The notes below the pieces were generated by a model that saw only the letters and a program-made list of their open reading frames with translations, searched no databases and was not told where the DNA came from. Positions 49,391 through 58,232 of a stretch of DNA of 64,000 nucleotides are shown here, piece after piece. Source of the stretch: Spirochaetia bacterium (GTDB taxonomy: Bacteria > Spirochaetota > Spirochaetia > SP-2023); assembly GCA_965263295.1 (NCBI GenBank), contig OZ253665.1, forward strand, positions 1,792,001 to 1,856,000. Direction: 5' to 3'. The position numbers and the translations under genes are program-made. Positions within the stretch are counted from its first letter, which is position 1; every line of letters starts with the position of its first letter.

Positions 49391-50230
49391 TCAGTCTTTC
49401 CACGGGAAAATAAAGTTGCGCAGGCTGCGTGGGCCGATGCGTTCTCGTTCTTCGCGCAGCATTACCCGCCACGGAATTTTAACTTTTTGGCGTTTGCCAT
49501 TTTTTTGCAGTAGTTCTTCTTTGGGCAGTTGCTGCAGGTATTGGTATTTGTAATACAGAATGCGCAGACTGACTTCGTACCATAGCCCCAGGCCGGCCCA
49601 ACCGAAAAATAACGCAAGGGGGGGGACAAAAGAGGCGGCCAATAATATTGTGGCCACTAGTGTCAAGCCAATTGTCAGAAACAAGTTGTCCAGGCAGACG
49701 AAAAAACTTTGGCGCAGGGCCTTGATTACGGCAAAATCCTCGCGTATCAGCATGGGGAAATAGTAGCCGAAACTAAGTAAAAATAGCAGTGCCAGCCAGA
49801 ACAAAAGCCCGATTGCGAACAGGCTAAGTATGCTGCTTTGCTGACTGTAGAAGCGCCAGCTGACGTAATAAATGCCGCTGCACAACACTGCCAGCAGGTC
49901 CAGTCGCAGAGCGGCGGACAGGCTGGGCTTACACCAGGCGCGTCGCAGGCTATCTTTCCAGTCACTGCGTTCATATTTGGCAATTGCGTAGTTACTTAGG
50001 GCATAGGCGTGCTGCAGGACGGTCAGCAGGAATAAGCCCAAGAAAATTAAGGTAAAACTGAGCGTCGTGGTTACGGCTGGATTCCATTGGTTCAGGAAAC
50101 TGCCCGGCAATAATTGCAGCAGGTAAAAACTGCCGCCCAGGAGCAGCAAGGAAAGTACGTTAAACAAGGTAATGGTCAGTAGGTGGTCCCACAAGTTCCA
50201 GAACCATTTTATGATTTGAAAGCCAAACAT
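49391..50230 (-). CDS. Integral membrane protein (YesL/DUF624-like)
   Basis: About 6 TM segments; KALRQSFFVCLDN pattern; C-terminal R-x-L-x-x-x-I-F-P-W. Confidence 0.7.
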   Translation of the reverse strand: MFGFQIIKWFWNLWDHLLTITLFNVLSLLLLGGSFYLLQLLPGSFLNQWNPAVTTTLSFTLIFLGLFLLTVLQHAYALSNYAIAKYERSDWKDSLRRAWCKPSLSAALRLDLLAVLCSGIYYVSWRFYSQQSSILSLFAIGLLFWLALLFLLSFGYYFPMLIREDFAVIKALRQSFFVCLDNLFLTIGLTLVATILLAASFVPPLALFFGWAGLGLWYEVSLRILYYKYQYLQQLPKEELLQKNGKRQKVKIPWRVMLREERERIGPRSLRNFIFPWKD

Positions 50231-50482
50231 AATAGCCCATTATAGGGAACAGGGTTTGAATGGGAAAGTATAGTTTTCATCGTGGTCAATGAATTTTAGT
50301 GCATTGAGGTGTGCGAGATCTGGACTGGGGCAAAATTAGTCAAAAACCTTGCTTTCGCAAGGTATGCCGTATATACTCAGTCTTCAGAAGACTGGCAACT
50401 GTAGCCATTTATATTTTATATAGTGCACGCTTGTTGTATTTAAGATTGATCTTTCAGGTAGAAACCAAATATAAATGTACTG

Positions 50483-52978
50483 ATGTCCCGGCGTTCAAAT
50501 CCGTCAGGTGACGTTATCTCAAATGGGGCAAAGTTTCTGTTATCGCTAGATTCACCGTATGTGTATATCCGCAAGCACCGTGCGCTCGGTTTTATCATTG
50601 TGGCTCTGCTGATGTTATTGACGGCCAGAAACACCCTTTCGTATCGTCCATCTGTCAATGTCGATAGCCTCAGCTATATTTCCGAGGAGACTCGGCAAGC
50701 CAAAGGGGCCTATCTGCAGGCCTTCGGCAGTCCTGATAGCAATTTATTTTACCTTGAAGGCATGGATTTCCTCAGTGCGCAGGGTATTAATTTCCTCTAC
50801 CATCTGCAGCAGGACGTCCGGGCGGCGATCCCCTACCTGCGAGAAGTCAATTCGCTAATCAACCTTTTCCCGCCCGGCACCCAGCTGCCTTTGCAGGCAG
50901 GAAGCCCAGAGGCTCAGCGCCATCAGGAGTGGATTCGTCGGCGGGCTTTGAGCAGCCCTGCGACATCCGGACACTTAGTCTCAGAAGATGGACAAAAAGC
51001 TCTGGTCGTTATGGACTTTGAGGCTTTACCCAGCGAACGTGAGCTGCGTGAGCAGGGCAAGGCAATTGAGTCTCCGTATATCAGCATAGGCCGGGCCATG
51101 GAGCAGATTTTGCGGCGGTATCAGCAGCCCCGCTGGAGCGAACAAGGTTTGCAAATCTGGGGCAGTGGCGCCGCCCATATTGTGTATCAGCAGTCCGCGT
51201 TTTACGTTAGTGACCTGAGTCAGATTTTTATTCTGTTGACTTTGATCATGCTGATTTTGATCTTTTTAATGCTGCGTTCCTGGCTGTCCTTTCTTGGAAC
51301 TCTTTTCAGTTCAGTGGTTGCCAACTGGCTGACCATTGGCTTTTTGTCCTGGATGGAAATGAGTGTTGACTTGACTTTCGTCATGATTCCGGTAACGATT
51401 GGTGTTGCCACGGCCATTGGTTATTCGGTGCATTTTTACAACCATTTTAAACATAGCCTGCAGCACACCAGTGTCGATACAGCCCTGTCGATTGCCTGGC
51501 TGCGTTGTGTTCGCCCGATTACCTTTACGGCGCTGACGACGATGTTTTCATTCCTCAGTTTGCATCTGGTGCCAATACCAGCGATACAAAACACAGGCTA
51601 CGCCTGCTTGCTGGAAGTCCTGATAATTTATGTTTTTACAATGACATTGTACCCTCTTCTGCTAAGTTTTACAAACTTTCGAGCAAAGTATCACAACGTT
51701 TTGCAGCATGGTAAATGGGCTTTTTCCGTGCAGTTGGACCGTCTGGCACAGTTTTCCTTTCGTCATCGTAAGACCATTATATTCAGCGCCGGCGGTCTTT
51801 TTTTGACAGCGCTTTTTTACACAATGAAGCTACAGGTGAACTATAAGTTTTCAGAATTCATGGGGCCAGAAAATCAAGTGGTTAAAGACTTGGAATACCT
51901 GAGGCAGAGTGATTTTGCCCCGGTGGGCACCATCAGTTTGGTCATCTATAATGAAGCCGGTTTATTTGGGCCCACGTCTGAAAAGAATCAGCTTGATATG
52001 CTACATTCTTTACAGCATATATTGGACCAGATACAAGATGAAAAAATTATTAAGCGAGTTTTCTGGCTGGGTGACCTGGTGCAAGATGCCGCTCAACTTC
52101 GGGGGCAAGCAGGTGGCATTACGTCTTTGAGCCGTGTGTCTCAGTTAAACGGGTTACTGCTATTATCCAAGCGTTTGAGCGGTTTTGACGCGGCGAACTG
52201 GATTGCGGCAGATCGCAAGAGCTTGCGTATTTTACTAGAAGTTAAGGCCTTTGAGAGTTTACCGCTTGTCAATCTGGCTGCAACATATCGCCAGCAGCTG
52301 CAGGAAGCCGCCAATACTGGCAACGCAGGAAGCGACAGCGCCCGTGTTTTTTTCACTGGCTTCATCATGGATACCAGCCGTGGAGACCTGTTGATGACCA
52401 GGAGCTTCATCAAGTCAATCATCGTTTCACTTTTGATTGTGTTCTTTTTATTGCTGATTATTTTTCGTCGACTTTACATCACACTGATTGCCATGATACC
52501 GAATGTGTTTCCCCTGATTATGATCGGAGGCATAATTTCATTTATGGGCATCAGCTTAAATTCTTTTAACTTCTTGATATTCCCAATGGTCATTGGCTTG
52601 ATCGTCGATGACACCATTCATTTTTTTTATACCATGGTCAGCCGTTTTGACTCCTCAAAGAACTATCGGGCATCTATTCATGCCACCCTGGCGCAGGTGG
52701 GCCCCGCGTTGGTGGAAACGACTATTATTTTGTGTAGTTCCTTTATCGTCTTTGTTTTTTCAAAGTTCCAAGGGCTGGCCCATATGGGCCTGTTCACTGT
52801 ATTAGTTATTTTGATGGCTTTGTTGGCGGACTTGATATTGGGACCAATCTGTCTTTCTTTGTTGAGCACTGAAAATCTAAAATACAAGCCCTTGCGCCGT
52901 TTTTTGTTTTGGGGACCTGTGGTTGAGAAGCAAAAGCTGTCCCGTATGAACGCTCCTCGACAGGGTAAACCGAACTAG
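50483..52978 (+). CDS. MMPL/RND-family transporter
   Basis: Two repeats of periplasmic domain plus TM bundle; GYSVHF, GLIVDDTIHF and ADLILGP. Confidence 0.88.
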   Translation: MSRRSNPSGDVISNGAKFLLSLDSPYVYIRKHRALGFIIVALLMLLTARNTLSYRPSVNVDSLSYISEETRQAKGAYLQAFGSPDSNLFYLEGMDFLSAQGINFLYHLQQDVRAAIPYLREVNSLINLFPPGTQLPLQAGSPEAQRHQEWIRRRALSSPATSGHLVSEDGQKALVVMDFEALPSERELREQGKAIESPYISIGRAMEQILRRYQQPRWSEQGLQIWGSGAAHIVYQQSAFYVSDLSQIFILLTLIMLILIFLMLRSWLSFLGTLFSSVVANWLTIGFLSWMEMSVDLTFVMIPVTIGVATAIGYSVHFYNHFKHSLQHTSVDTALSIAWLRCVRPITFTALTTMFSFLSLHLVPIPAIQNTGYACLLEVLIIYVFTMTLYPLLLSFTNFRAKYHNVLQHGKWAFSVQLDRLAQFSFRHRKTIIFSAGGLFLTALFYTMKLQVNYKFSEFMGPENQVVKDLEYLRQSDFAPVGTISLVIYNEAGLFGPTSEKNQLDMLHSLQHILDQIQDEKIIKRVFWLGDLVQDAAQLRGQAGGITSLSRVSQLNGLLLLSKRLSGFDAANWIAADRKSLRILLEVKAFESLPLVNLAATYRQQLQEAANTGNAGSDSARVFFTGFIMDTSRGDLLMTRSFIKSIIVSLLIVFFLLLIIFRRLYITLIAMIPNVFPLIMIGGIISFMGISLNSFNFLIFPMVIGLIVDDTIHFFYTMVSRFDSSKNYRASIHATLAQVGPALVETTIILCSSFIVFVFSKFQGLAHMGLFTVLVILMALLADLILGPICLSLLSTENLKYKPLRRFLFWGPVVEKQKLSRMNAPRQGKPN

Positions 52979-53004
52979 CTCGCACTTTTTAGCTTGATTT
53001 ATGC

Positions 53005-54684
53005 CTAGTGCGTTCTCACTGCAGAATGCCGCTCGACACTCAGCAGCTGCAATAAGGCGTCTAATCCGATTGCCGCGTGGATGGCTTCAAGAAAGCCCAT
53101 CAGTCGCGGGCCATCGCTACGGCAAATGAGGAGCTGGTATACCTGTGGAAAAATTTCTACGCTCTCTAGGTCTGCTGTGCGCAGTAGGTCGTAGAAACCG
53201 TTGCTGAGTTGTTTGCGGTCCAGTCTGGGGGCACTGAATCTTGTTTGTAAATGTGTGCGCAGCAGCGGCAATAGGGCACGGAGCTCTTCGCTGGGGCTAA
53301 ATTCTTCTGCGAGGGGTTCTCCTGGTCTACGCAGACGAAAGCGGAAGTCTGCCGGCGCATATTTTTGTATCCAGTTCCAAGCGCATTGGGCCCAGGTTTC
53401 AAAACGTTGGCGGCTGCTTGCGGGCACTGGTGTCCCTTCTTGGCCGAGGAAGCTTTGGACAGCCGAAAAGTTGCCATCGTGGATCTGCAAAAGGTTGCAG
53501 AGGTGACGAAAAGGCATGGAAAAAGGTTGCTGCGCCGCAATTCCACTCGCTTCAATTTGCGAGAGCTCGTAAATTCGTTTCAGTTTGGCTTGCTTTTTAG
53601 CGGCTTTGCCATCCTTGGCTTCTTCGTAATAAGCTTGCTCGCAGCGCACAAAGTCATCGTAAATTTTCAAAACGTCCAGGTCAAAAGAAATTGCAAACTC
53701 AGAGTTGGGACGAATTCGCACAAACAGAAAGCGTAGAATTTCTGGCGGGTAAACTTCTAATACATCGGCCAGGCTGAGCACTTCTCCCGAAGACGAGGAA
53801 ATCTTTCCGCCCAAGCCTTTTATGCGTACAAAGTCATATTGGAAGGTAATCGGTGCCGCCCAGCCATAAACGGCCTGGCAGGTTTCCTTTGCCGTGGTAA
53901 AGCTGCCACCTTCAGAGTGGTGATCCTTGCCGGCAGGTTCAAAATCTACTTTTTCGTACGCCCAGCGCATCGGCCAGTCGATTCTCCAGGGCAGCTTGAC
54001 CAGGCCTGTCTGACGGAGGTCAAGTTCTTCGCTGTGGCCGCAATGATCGCAATGGTAGCGAACTAGCCATTCCCCATTCCAGCTTGTGCAATGGGTATCA
54101 TCGCGGTGACAGTTGCCGCAAAAGAAACTGATCGGCCACCAGTTTTCGGGTAGGGGTTCTTTGCGCTGTTCGTCAAGCTGCTGGCGAATGGTTTGCCGGT
54201 GTTGCAGCGCCCGGCGAATGCCTGCGGCATATTCTGAGGCTTGGTACTTCTTGGCCTGATAAATATATTCAGGTCGGATGCCGACTTTGGGCAGTACGCT
54301 TTCCAATTCTTTTTCGTTGGCGGCGGCATAGGATTCTGCCTGGCCAAATACATCTGGTACACGGGTAATTGATTGGCGCAGATACCGGCTCAGAAGCTCT
54401 TTTTGCGGCATGTTAGCTGGAACTTTGCGGAAAACGTCATAGTCATCCCACGAATAAATAAAACGTACTGCTGCGCCTAAGTCTTGCAGGGCTCTGACTA
54501 CGAGTTGCACCGAAATAATTTCGCGAAAATTACCGATGTGCACTGTGCCAGAAGGGGTGATGCCTGAAGCGCAGACGAATGGTTGACCGCAAACTCTGCC
54601 CGCAGTGCGCTCGCGCACGATTCTGTTGGCGCATATGTCGGCCCAGTGGTCACTTAGGGGCTGATTGGGAGAGGTCTCAGACAT
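53005..54684 (-). CDS. lysS: Lysine--tRNA ligase, class I
   Basis: HWAD, SGITPSGTVHIGNFRE, WRIDWPMRW, FEPAGKDH, KISSSSG and GPRL. Confidence 0.97.
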   Translation of the reverse strand: MSETSPNQPLSDHWADICANRIVRERTAGRVCGQPFVCASGITPSGTVHIGNFREIISVQLVVRALQDLGAAVRFIYSWDDYDVFRKVPANMPQKELLSRYLRQSITRVPDVFGQAESYAAANEKELESVLPKVGIRPEYIYQAKKYQASEYAAGIRRALQHRQTIRQQLDEQRKEPLPENWWPISFFCGNCHRDDTHCTSWNGEWLVRYHCDHCGHSEELDLRQTGLVKLPWRIDWPMRWAYEKVDFEPAGKDHHSEGGSFTTAKETCQAVYGWAAPITFQYDFVRIKGLGGKISSSSGEVLSLADVLEVYPPEILRFLFVRIRPNSEFAISFDLDVLKIYDDFVRCEQAYYEEAKDGKAAKKQAKLKRIYELSQIEASGIAAQQPFSMPFRHLCNLLQIHDGNFSAVQSFLGQEGTPVPASSRQRFETWAQCAWNWIQKYAPADFRFRLRRPGEPLAEEFSPSEELRALLPLLRTHLQTRFSAPRLDRKQLSNGFYDLLRTADLESVEIFPQVYQLLICRSDGPRLMGFLEAIHAAIGLDALLQLLSVERHSAVRTH

Positions 54685-54808
54685 TATTGCTTATTGCGGG
54701 CCTGATAAACAAGTACTAAAATGTGCAGGCCGGATTTTTATGGAAAAAAAGTATACACACAAGTCAAGTGTCAAGCAAGTGCCGAGACAAATATGCCGCA
54801 CAAGTGGT

Positions 54809-54982
54809 TTAACCTGTTGCGATGCATTCTTGAGGGCAGACACTGACACAAGCGCCACAATCAATACAGGCATCAGCATCAATGGCATGGGCATCAGAGC
54901 CTTCGGCTATTGCGTCAGTTGGGCATTCCGCAGTGCACAGACCGCAGTTAATGCAAGAATCTGCCTCAATTTTATAAGCCAT
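54809..54982 (-). CDS. 2[4Fe-4S] clostridial-type ferredoxin (57 aa)
   Basis: CINCGLCTAECP and CIDCGACVSVCP; AAGGAG RBS before ATG 54982. Confidence 0.95.
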   Translation of the reverse strand: MAYKIEADSCINCGLCTAECPTDAIAEGSDAHAIDADACIDCGACVSVCPQECIATG

Positions 54983-55190
54983 AGGAAATCTCCTTTTCAC
55001 TTTTAATTGCTTGCCATTATATAATCTTTATATTTTTTTGCAACAAAATAGTTATACTTTGCCATTTGAATTTTTATTTAGATTATCTTATGATATATAC
55101 ATATATTATATAAATATATAAAAGGATATTGATTTTCATTAAATTCTTGAGATGTATTTTTTGCAGACTGATTAGAGCAGAGATAGTGAT

Positions 55191-56291
55191 ATGTTATTTT
55201 GTGGTATTGATGAAGCCGGCTTAGGACCTCTGCTGGGTCCTCTGTCGCTAAGTCGCTGCAGTTGCAGCTTGGCTCCCCAAATATTGCAGACACAGCTAGA
55301 ATCTTTGGGAATTTGGCCTAGTCTGCAGTCCGGCAAAAGTGAAAACAGACTCGATGAACAAAAGACACCGGAATTCTGGCAAGGCTGGGCCGGGAAGCTT
55401 GCATCTGTAGCGGACAGCAAAAAAATTTATAAAGGTTCGGGAGACTTTGCCCGCCTGGAAACCTTGGCTTTGAGCCTGTATTTAGCTGCAAGGTCAGAGC
55501 AAGATGGGACTTTCAGTTGGCGGAGAAATGAGCTGTTTTCTGAAGACGAGCAGCGACAATTGGCTGAGTTAGCCTGGTACCGGGAGCAATACCGTCTACC
55601 TTTAGCGGCCGATCGGCTCCGTATAGATCGACAGGCGAAAACTTTGGCTTCGGTTTTGCGTCAACAGGGTGGGCGTTTGCATTTGAGCGGAAGGCTAATA
55701 ACGGAACGACAATTTAATCGCAGTATCGAGCGTCTAAACAACAAAAGCCTATTGCTGCGTGAGCAAGTAGGGAGCTTGATCAAGGAATTCATTGCCGGCT
55801 GGTTGCCGACATCAGAGCTAAAGGCTTACTGCACCGTAGATCGCCTGGGCGGCCTGCGCTACTATCGGCCCTGGTTGACCGAGCTGCTGGGAGTGAGGGC
55901 CGAGACCGAATTATTTAGCCGCATGCCATTAGAGCTTGCGGAGCCACGCGCAGCTACAGCGCTAGGCGAATGGTCTTGGCTGGGACAAAGAGAGTGTCCT
56001 GATGCCAGCGAGTACCTCCTGCGCGGGCGGGAGAACCGAAACTTGGCTCTCGGTTTTTGGGTTCAGGGCGATAGACGGAATATTTTGTGCGCCATTGCCT
56101 CAATTTGGGCTAAGTATCGCCGTGAATTACTAATGCAGCAGTTCAATCAATATTGGCAGCATCGTTTTGCGGGAATCCCGAAGACCAGTGGATACCATCA
56201 TGATGCCAATTCTTTTCTGGCTTTTTTGGCGAGACAGGCGAGACAAGGGGGCTTGCCTGAGGGGGCAGATCAACTCAAGCGTATACGCTAA
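55191..56291 (+). CDS. Ribonuclease HII-like protein, long divergent form
   Basis: GIDEAGLGPLLGP, ADSKK, DRLGG, GD..AIASIWAKYRRE and SGY. Confidence 0.8.
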   Translation: MLFCGIDEAGLGPLLGPLSLSRCSCSLAPQILQTQLESLGIWPSLQSGKSENRLDEQKTPEFWQGWAGKLASVADSKKIYKGSGDFARLETLALSLYLAARSEQDGTFSWRRNELFSEDEQRQLAELAWYREQYRLPLAADRLRIDRQAKTLASVLRQQGGRLHLSGRLITERQFNRSIERLNNKSLLLREQVGSLIKEFIAGWLPTSELKAYCTVDRLGGLRYYRPWLTELLGVRAETELFSRMPLELAEPRAATALGEWSWLGQRECPDASEYLLRGRENRNLALGFWVQGDRRNILCAIASIWAKYRRELLMQQFNQYWQHRFAGIPKTSGYHHDANSFLAFLARQARQGGLPEGADQLKRIR

Positions 56292-56342
56292 ACCCCAAGG
56301 GAGGGCTAGCTTTATTTTTCTTGTTTGCAGTCCAACGATTGA

Positions 56343-56834
56343 TTACATGAAAAATTGATCGCAACGGGAATTATTGATACGGCAGATATCTTGTTCCTCA
56401 AACCATAGAGCAAGTTCGCGACGGGCCGATACCGGGCTGTCTGAAGCGTGAATAACATTGGCCAGAGTTTTAGCCGGCGATTTGTCTGAGCGCGCATAAC
56501 TCATATGGCAGAAGTCGCCACGGATGGTGCCCGGTGCCGCAGCTGCAGGTTCAGTGTCGCCAACCAGCTTGCGAATGTTGGCGATGGCATCGGCCCCTTC
56601 AATAGCTAGGATGACAATAGTTTTGTCTTCCATGAATTCAACTAAAGTCGGGAAAAAGTTTTTGTCTTTGTGCTCTACATAGTGTTGTTCCAAAATTGCT
56701 CTACTGGCTGTCAGCATTTTCATGCCGACAATACACAGACCGCAGCGCTCAAAGCGGCTAAGGATTTGGCCCGTTAAGCCACGTTGCACAGCATCAGGTT
56801 TTAGTAGTACAAAACTGGTTTCTAAACTTGCCAT
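56343..56834 (-). CDS. ndk: Nucleoside diphosphate kinase
   Basis: LKPDAVQRGL, PGTIRGDF and catalytic NVIHASDS. Confidence 0.97.
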   Translation of the reverse strand: MASLETSFVLLKPDAVQRGLTGQILSRFERCGLCIVGMKMLTASRAILEQHYVEHKDKNFFPTLVEFMEDKTIVILAIEGADAIANIRKLVGDTEPAAAAPGTIRGDFCHMSYARSDKSPAKTLANVIHASDSPVSARRELALWFEEQDICRINNSRCDQFFM

Positions 56835-56910
56835 AGTGTACTCCTATGCTCTCGTAAAAGTTTAAGAAAGCCAGTTCTGCCGGGAGCTGGCCTGATGCAA
56901 GAACTTATGT

Positions 56911-57072
56911 TTACTCTTCTGGTACAAAGTCTTCCGACGGTGCGCCGCACATAGGGCAGGCCCAATCGTTAGGCAGGTCTGCAAAAGCAGTGCCAGCAGT
57001 AACGCCGTTGTCCGGGTCACCTTCGTCTGGATCGTAAACATAACCGCACACTTCACATACATATTTCTGCAT
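56911..57072 (-). CDS. Rubredoxin (53 aa; absent from the ORF track)
   Basis: [62 protein letters not shown]. Confidence 0.97.
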   Translation of the reverse strand: MQKYVCEVCGYVYDPDEGDPDNGVTAGTAFADLPNDWACPMCGAPSEDFVPEE

Positions 57073-57313
57073 TGCCGTTCTCCTTTAAGCGATGTAATAC
57101 ATAAGCTATTTATAACTAAAAACGTCCATATTGGCAAGTGGTATCTATCTATTAATCCATGTATAATTGTGATTGAATATGATAATCTTTATTGTTAGAA
57201 CCGGCAGAAACCTATTGGCAGCACAGGATCAAACGATTATTCAATTATTAATTTATTAATAATAAAGGAAATGTTCAATATCCAGCCATATTCAAAATCT
57301 CATGGATAGTTAG

Positions 57314-57342
57314 TTGACAATTATTGCGCGAGCCCATATACT
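57314..57342 (+). promoter_or_regulatory. Sigma70 promoter of tRNA-Gly
   Basis: TTGACA-17 bp-TATACT. Confidence 0.8.
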
Positions 57343-57356
57343 AAGCCTCGTAACTT

Positions 57357-57428
57357 GCGACTGTGGTATAGAGGCTATTACCCCAGCCTTCCAAGCTGGA
57401 GATGCGGGTTCGATTCCCGCCAGTCGCT
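57357..57428 (+). tRNA. tRNA-Gly(TCC)
   Basis: Cloverleaf with GCGACTG/CAGTCGC acceptor, CCAGC-CTTCCAA-GCTGG anticodon arm and TTCGATT T-loop; CCA not encoded. Confidence 0.96.
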
Positions 57429-57820
57429 TCAAAAAGTTCCATTTGCGATTTACCTTTTTAGTCTTGCCAGTCGGTGGGCTCCCCCTTTGCAAAATTTATG
57501 CAGAATTTTCGGTGAAGCTGATTTTAGCTTCTTTATAATTTTTGCAATGCACGGTGCATAGCGGATATTGGTATAACTATCTGTAGCTTGAGGAATTGTT
57601 GCGCTATCTTCGTGTGGGGTTTTTGTAGCAATGGGCTCCGCATGTAGTTGAAAAGGTCATTGCAGCCGAGTTTCGCTTTTCCTCGGTCTTTTGTTGGTGC
57701 TGAAATCCCAATAGCTTGAAATCCTTGGCATGCTTCATGACTAATGAAAGCCAATAGAGAATGACGCCAAATAACGGTAACGTTTGGGATATCTGGAAAT
57801 GCACAGAATAGCTAGGAAAA

Positions 57821-57892
57821 CATCTCCAGGGGGAATTGAACCCCCGTTGCCAGAATGAAAATCTGGAGTCCTAACCACTAGACGATGGAGAC
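57821..57892 (-). tRNA. tRNA-Glu(TTC)
   Basis: GTCTCCA/TGGAGAT acceptor, CCAGA-TTTTCAT-TCTGG anticodon arm and TTCAATT T-loop. Confidence 0.96.
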
Positions 57893-57915
57893 ATATTATT
57901 TGTAATTCAAGTAGC

Positions 57916-57988
57916 TGAGCCGGACAGGATTCGAACCTGTGACCCACGCATTAAAAGTGCGTTGCTCTACCAGCTGAGCTACCGGCCC
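57916..57988 (-). tRNA. tRNA-Lys(TTT)
   Basis: GGGCCGG/CCGGCTC acceptor (G2·U71), ACGCA-CTTTTAA-TGCGT anticodon arm and TTCGAAT T-loop. Confidence 0.97.
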
Positions 57989-58006
57989 TTGCCAAAAAGT
58001 ATCGGT

Positions 58007-58035
58007 AATGTAACGAATGATGGTAAAGCTGTCAA
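58007..58035 (-). promoter_or_regulatory. Sigma70 promoter of the tRNA-Lys/tRNA-Glu operon
   Basis: TTGACA-17 bp-TACATT on the minus strand. Confidence 0.75.
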
Positions 58036-58232
58036 TCGCAAGTAAACAATTATGGAAAAAATGAAGAAAGAGGGTTTTCTTCTGTATACATTGACCTTGG
58101 GGCACCATTGAGGATGCCGGCTCCGCTGTGGGCCCGGCCGCTAAAGAAAAGAGTTAAATAACTTCAGGGTTTAAACTAGCCATTTTAATGCAAGTTTACA
58201 TAATGTGCTACAGAATTAAGAAGGAGAAAAAT

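Noticed and set aside
57310..58108. Short ORFs across the tRNA region
   Set aside because: They overlap tRNA genes and promoters and are translation artefacts
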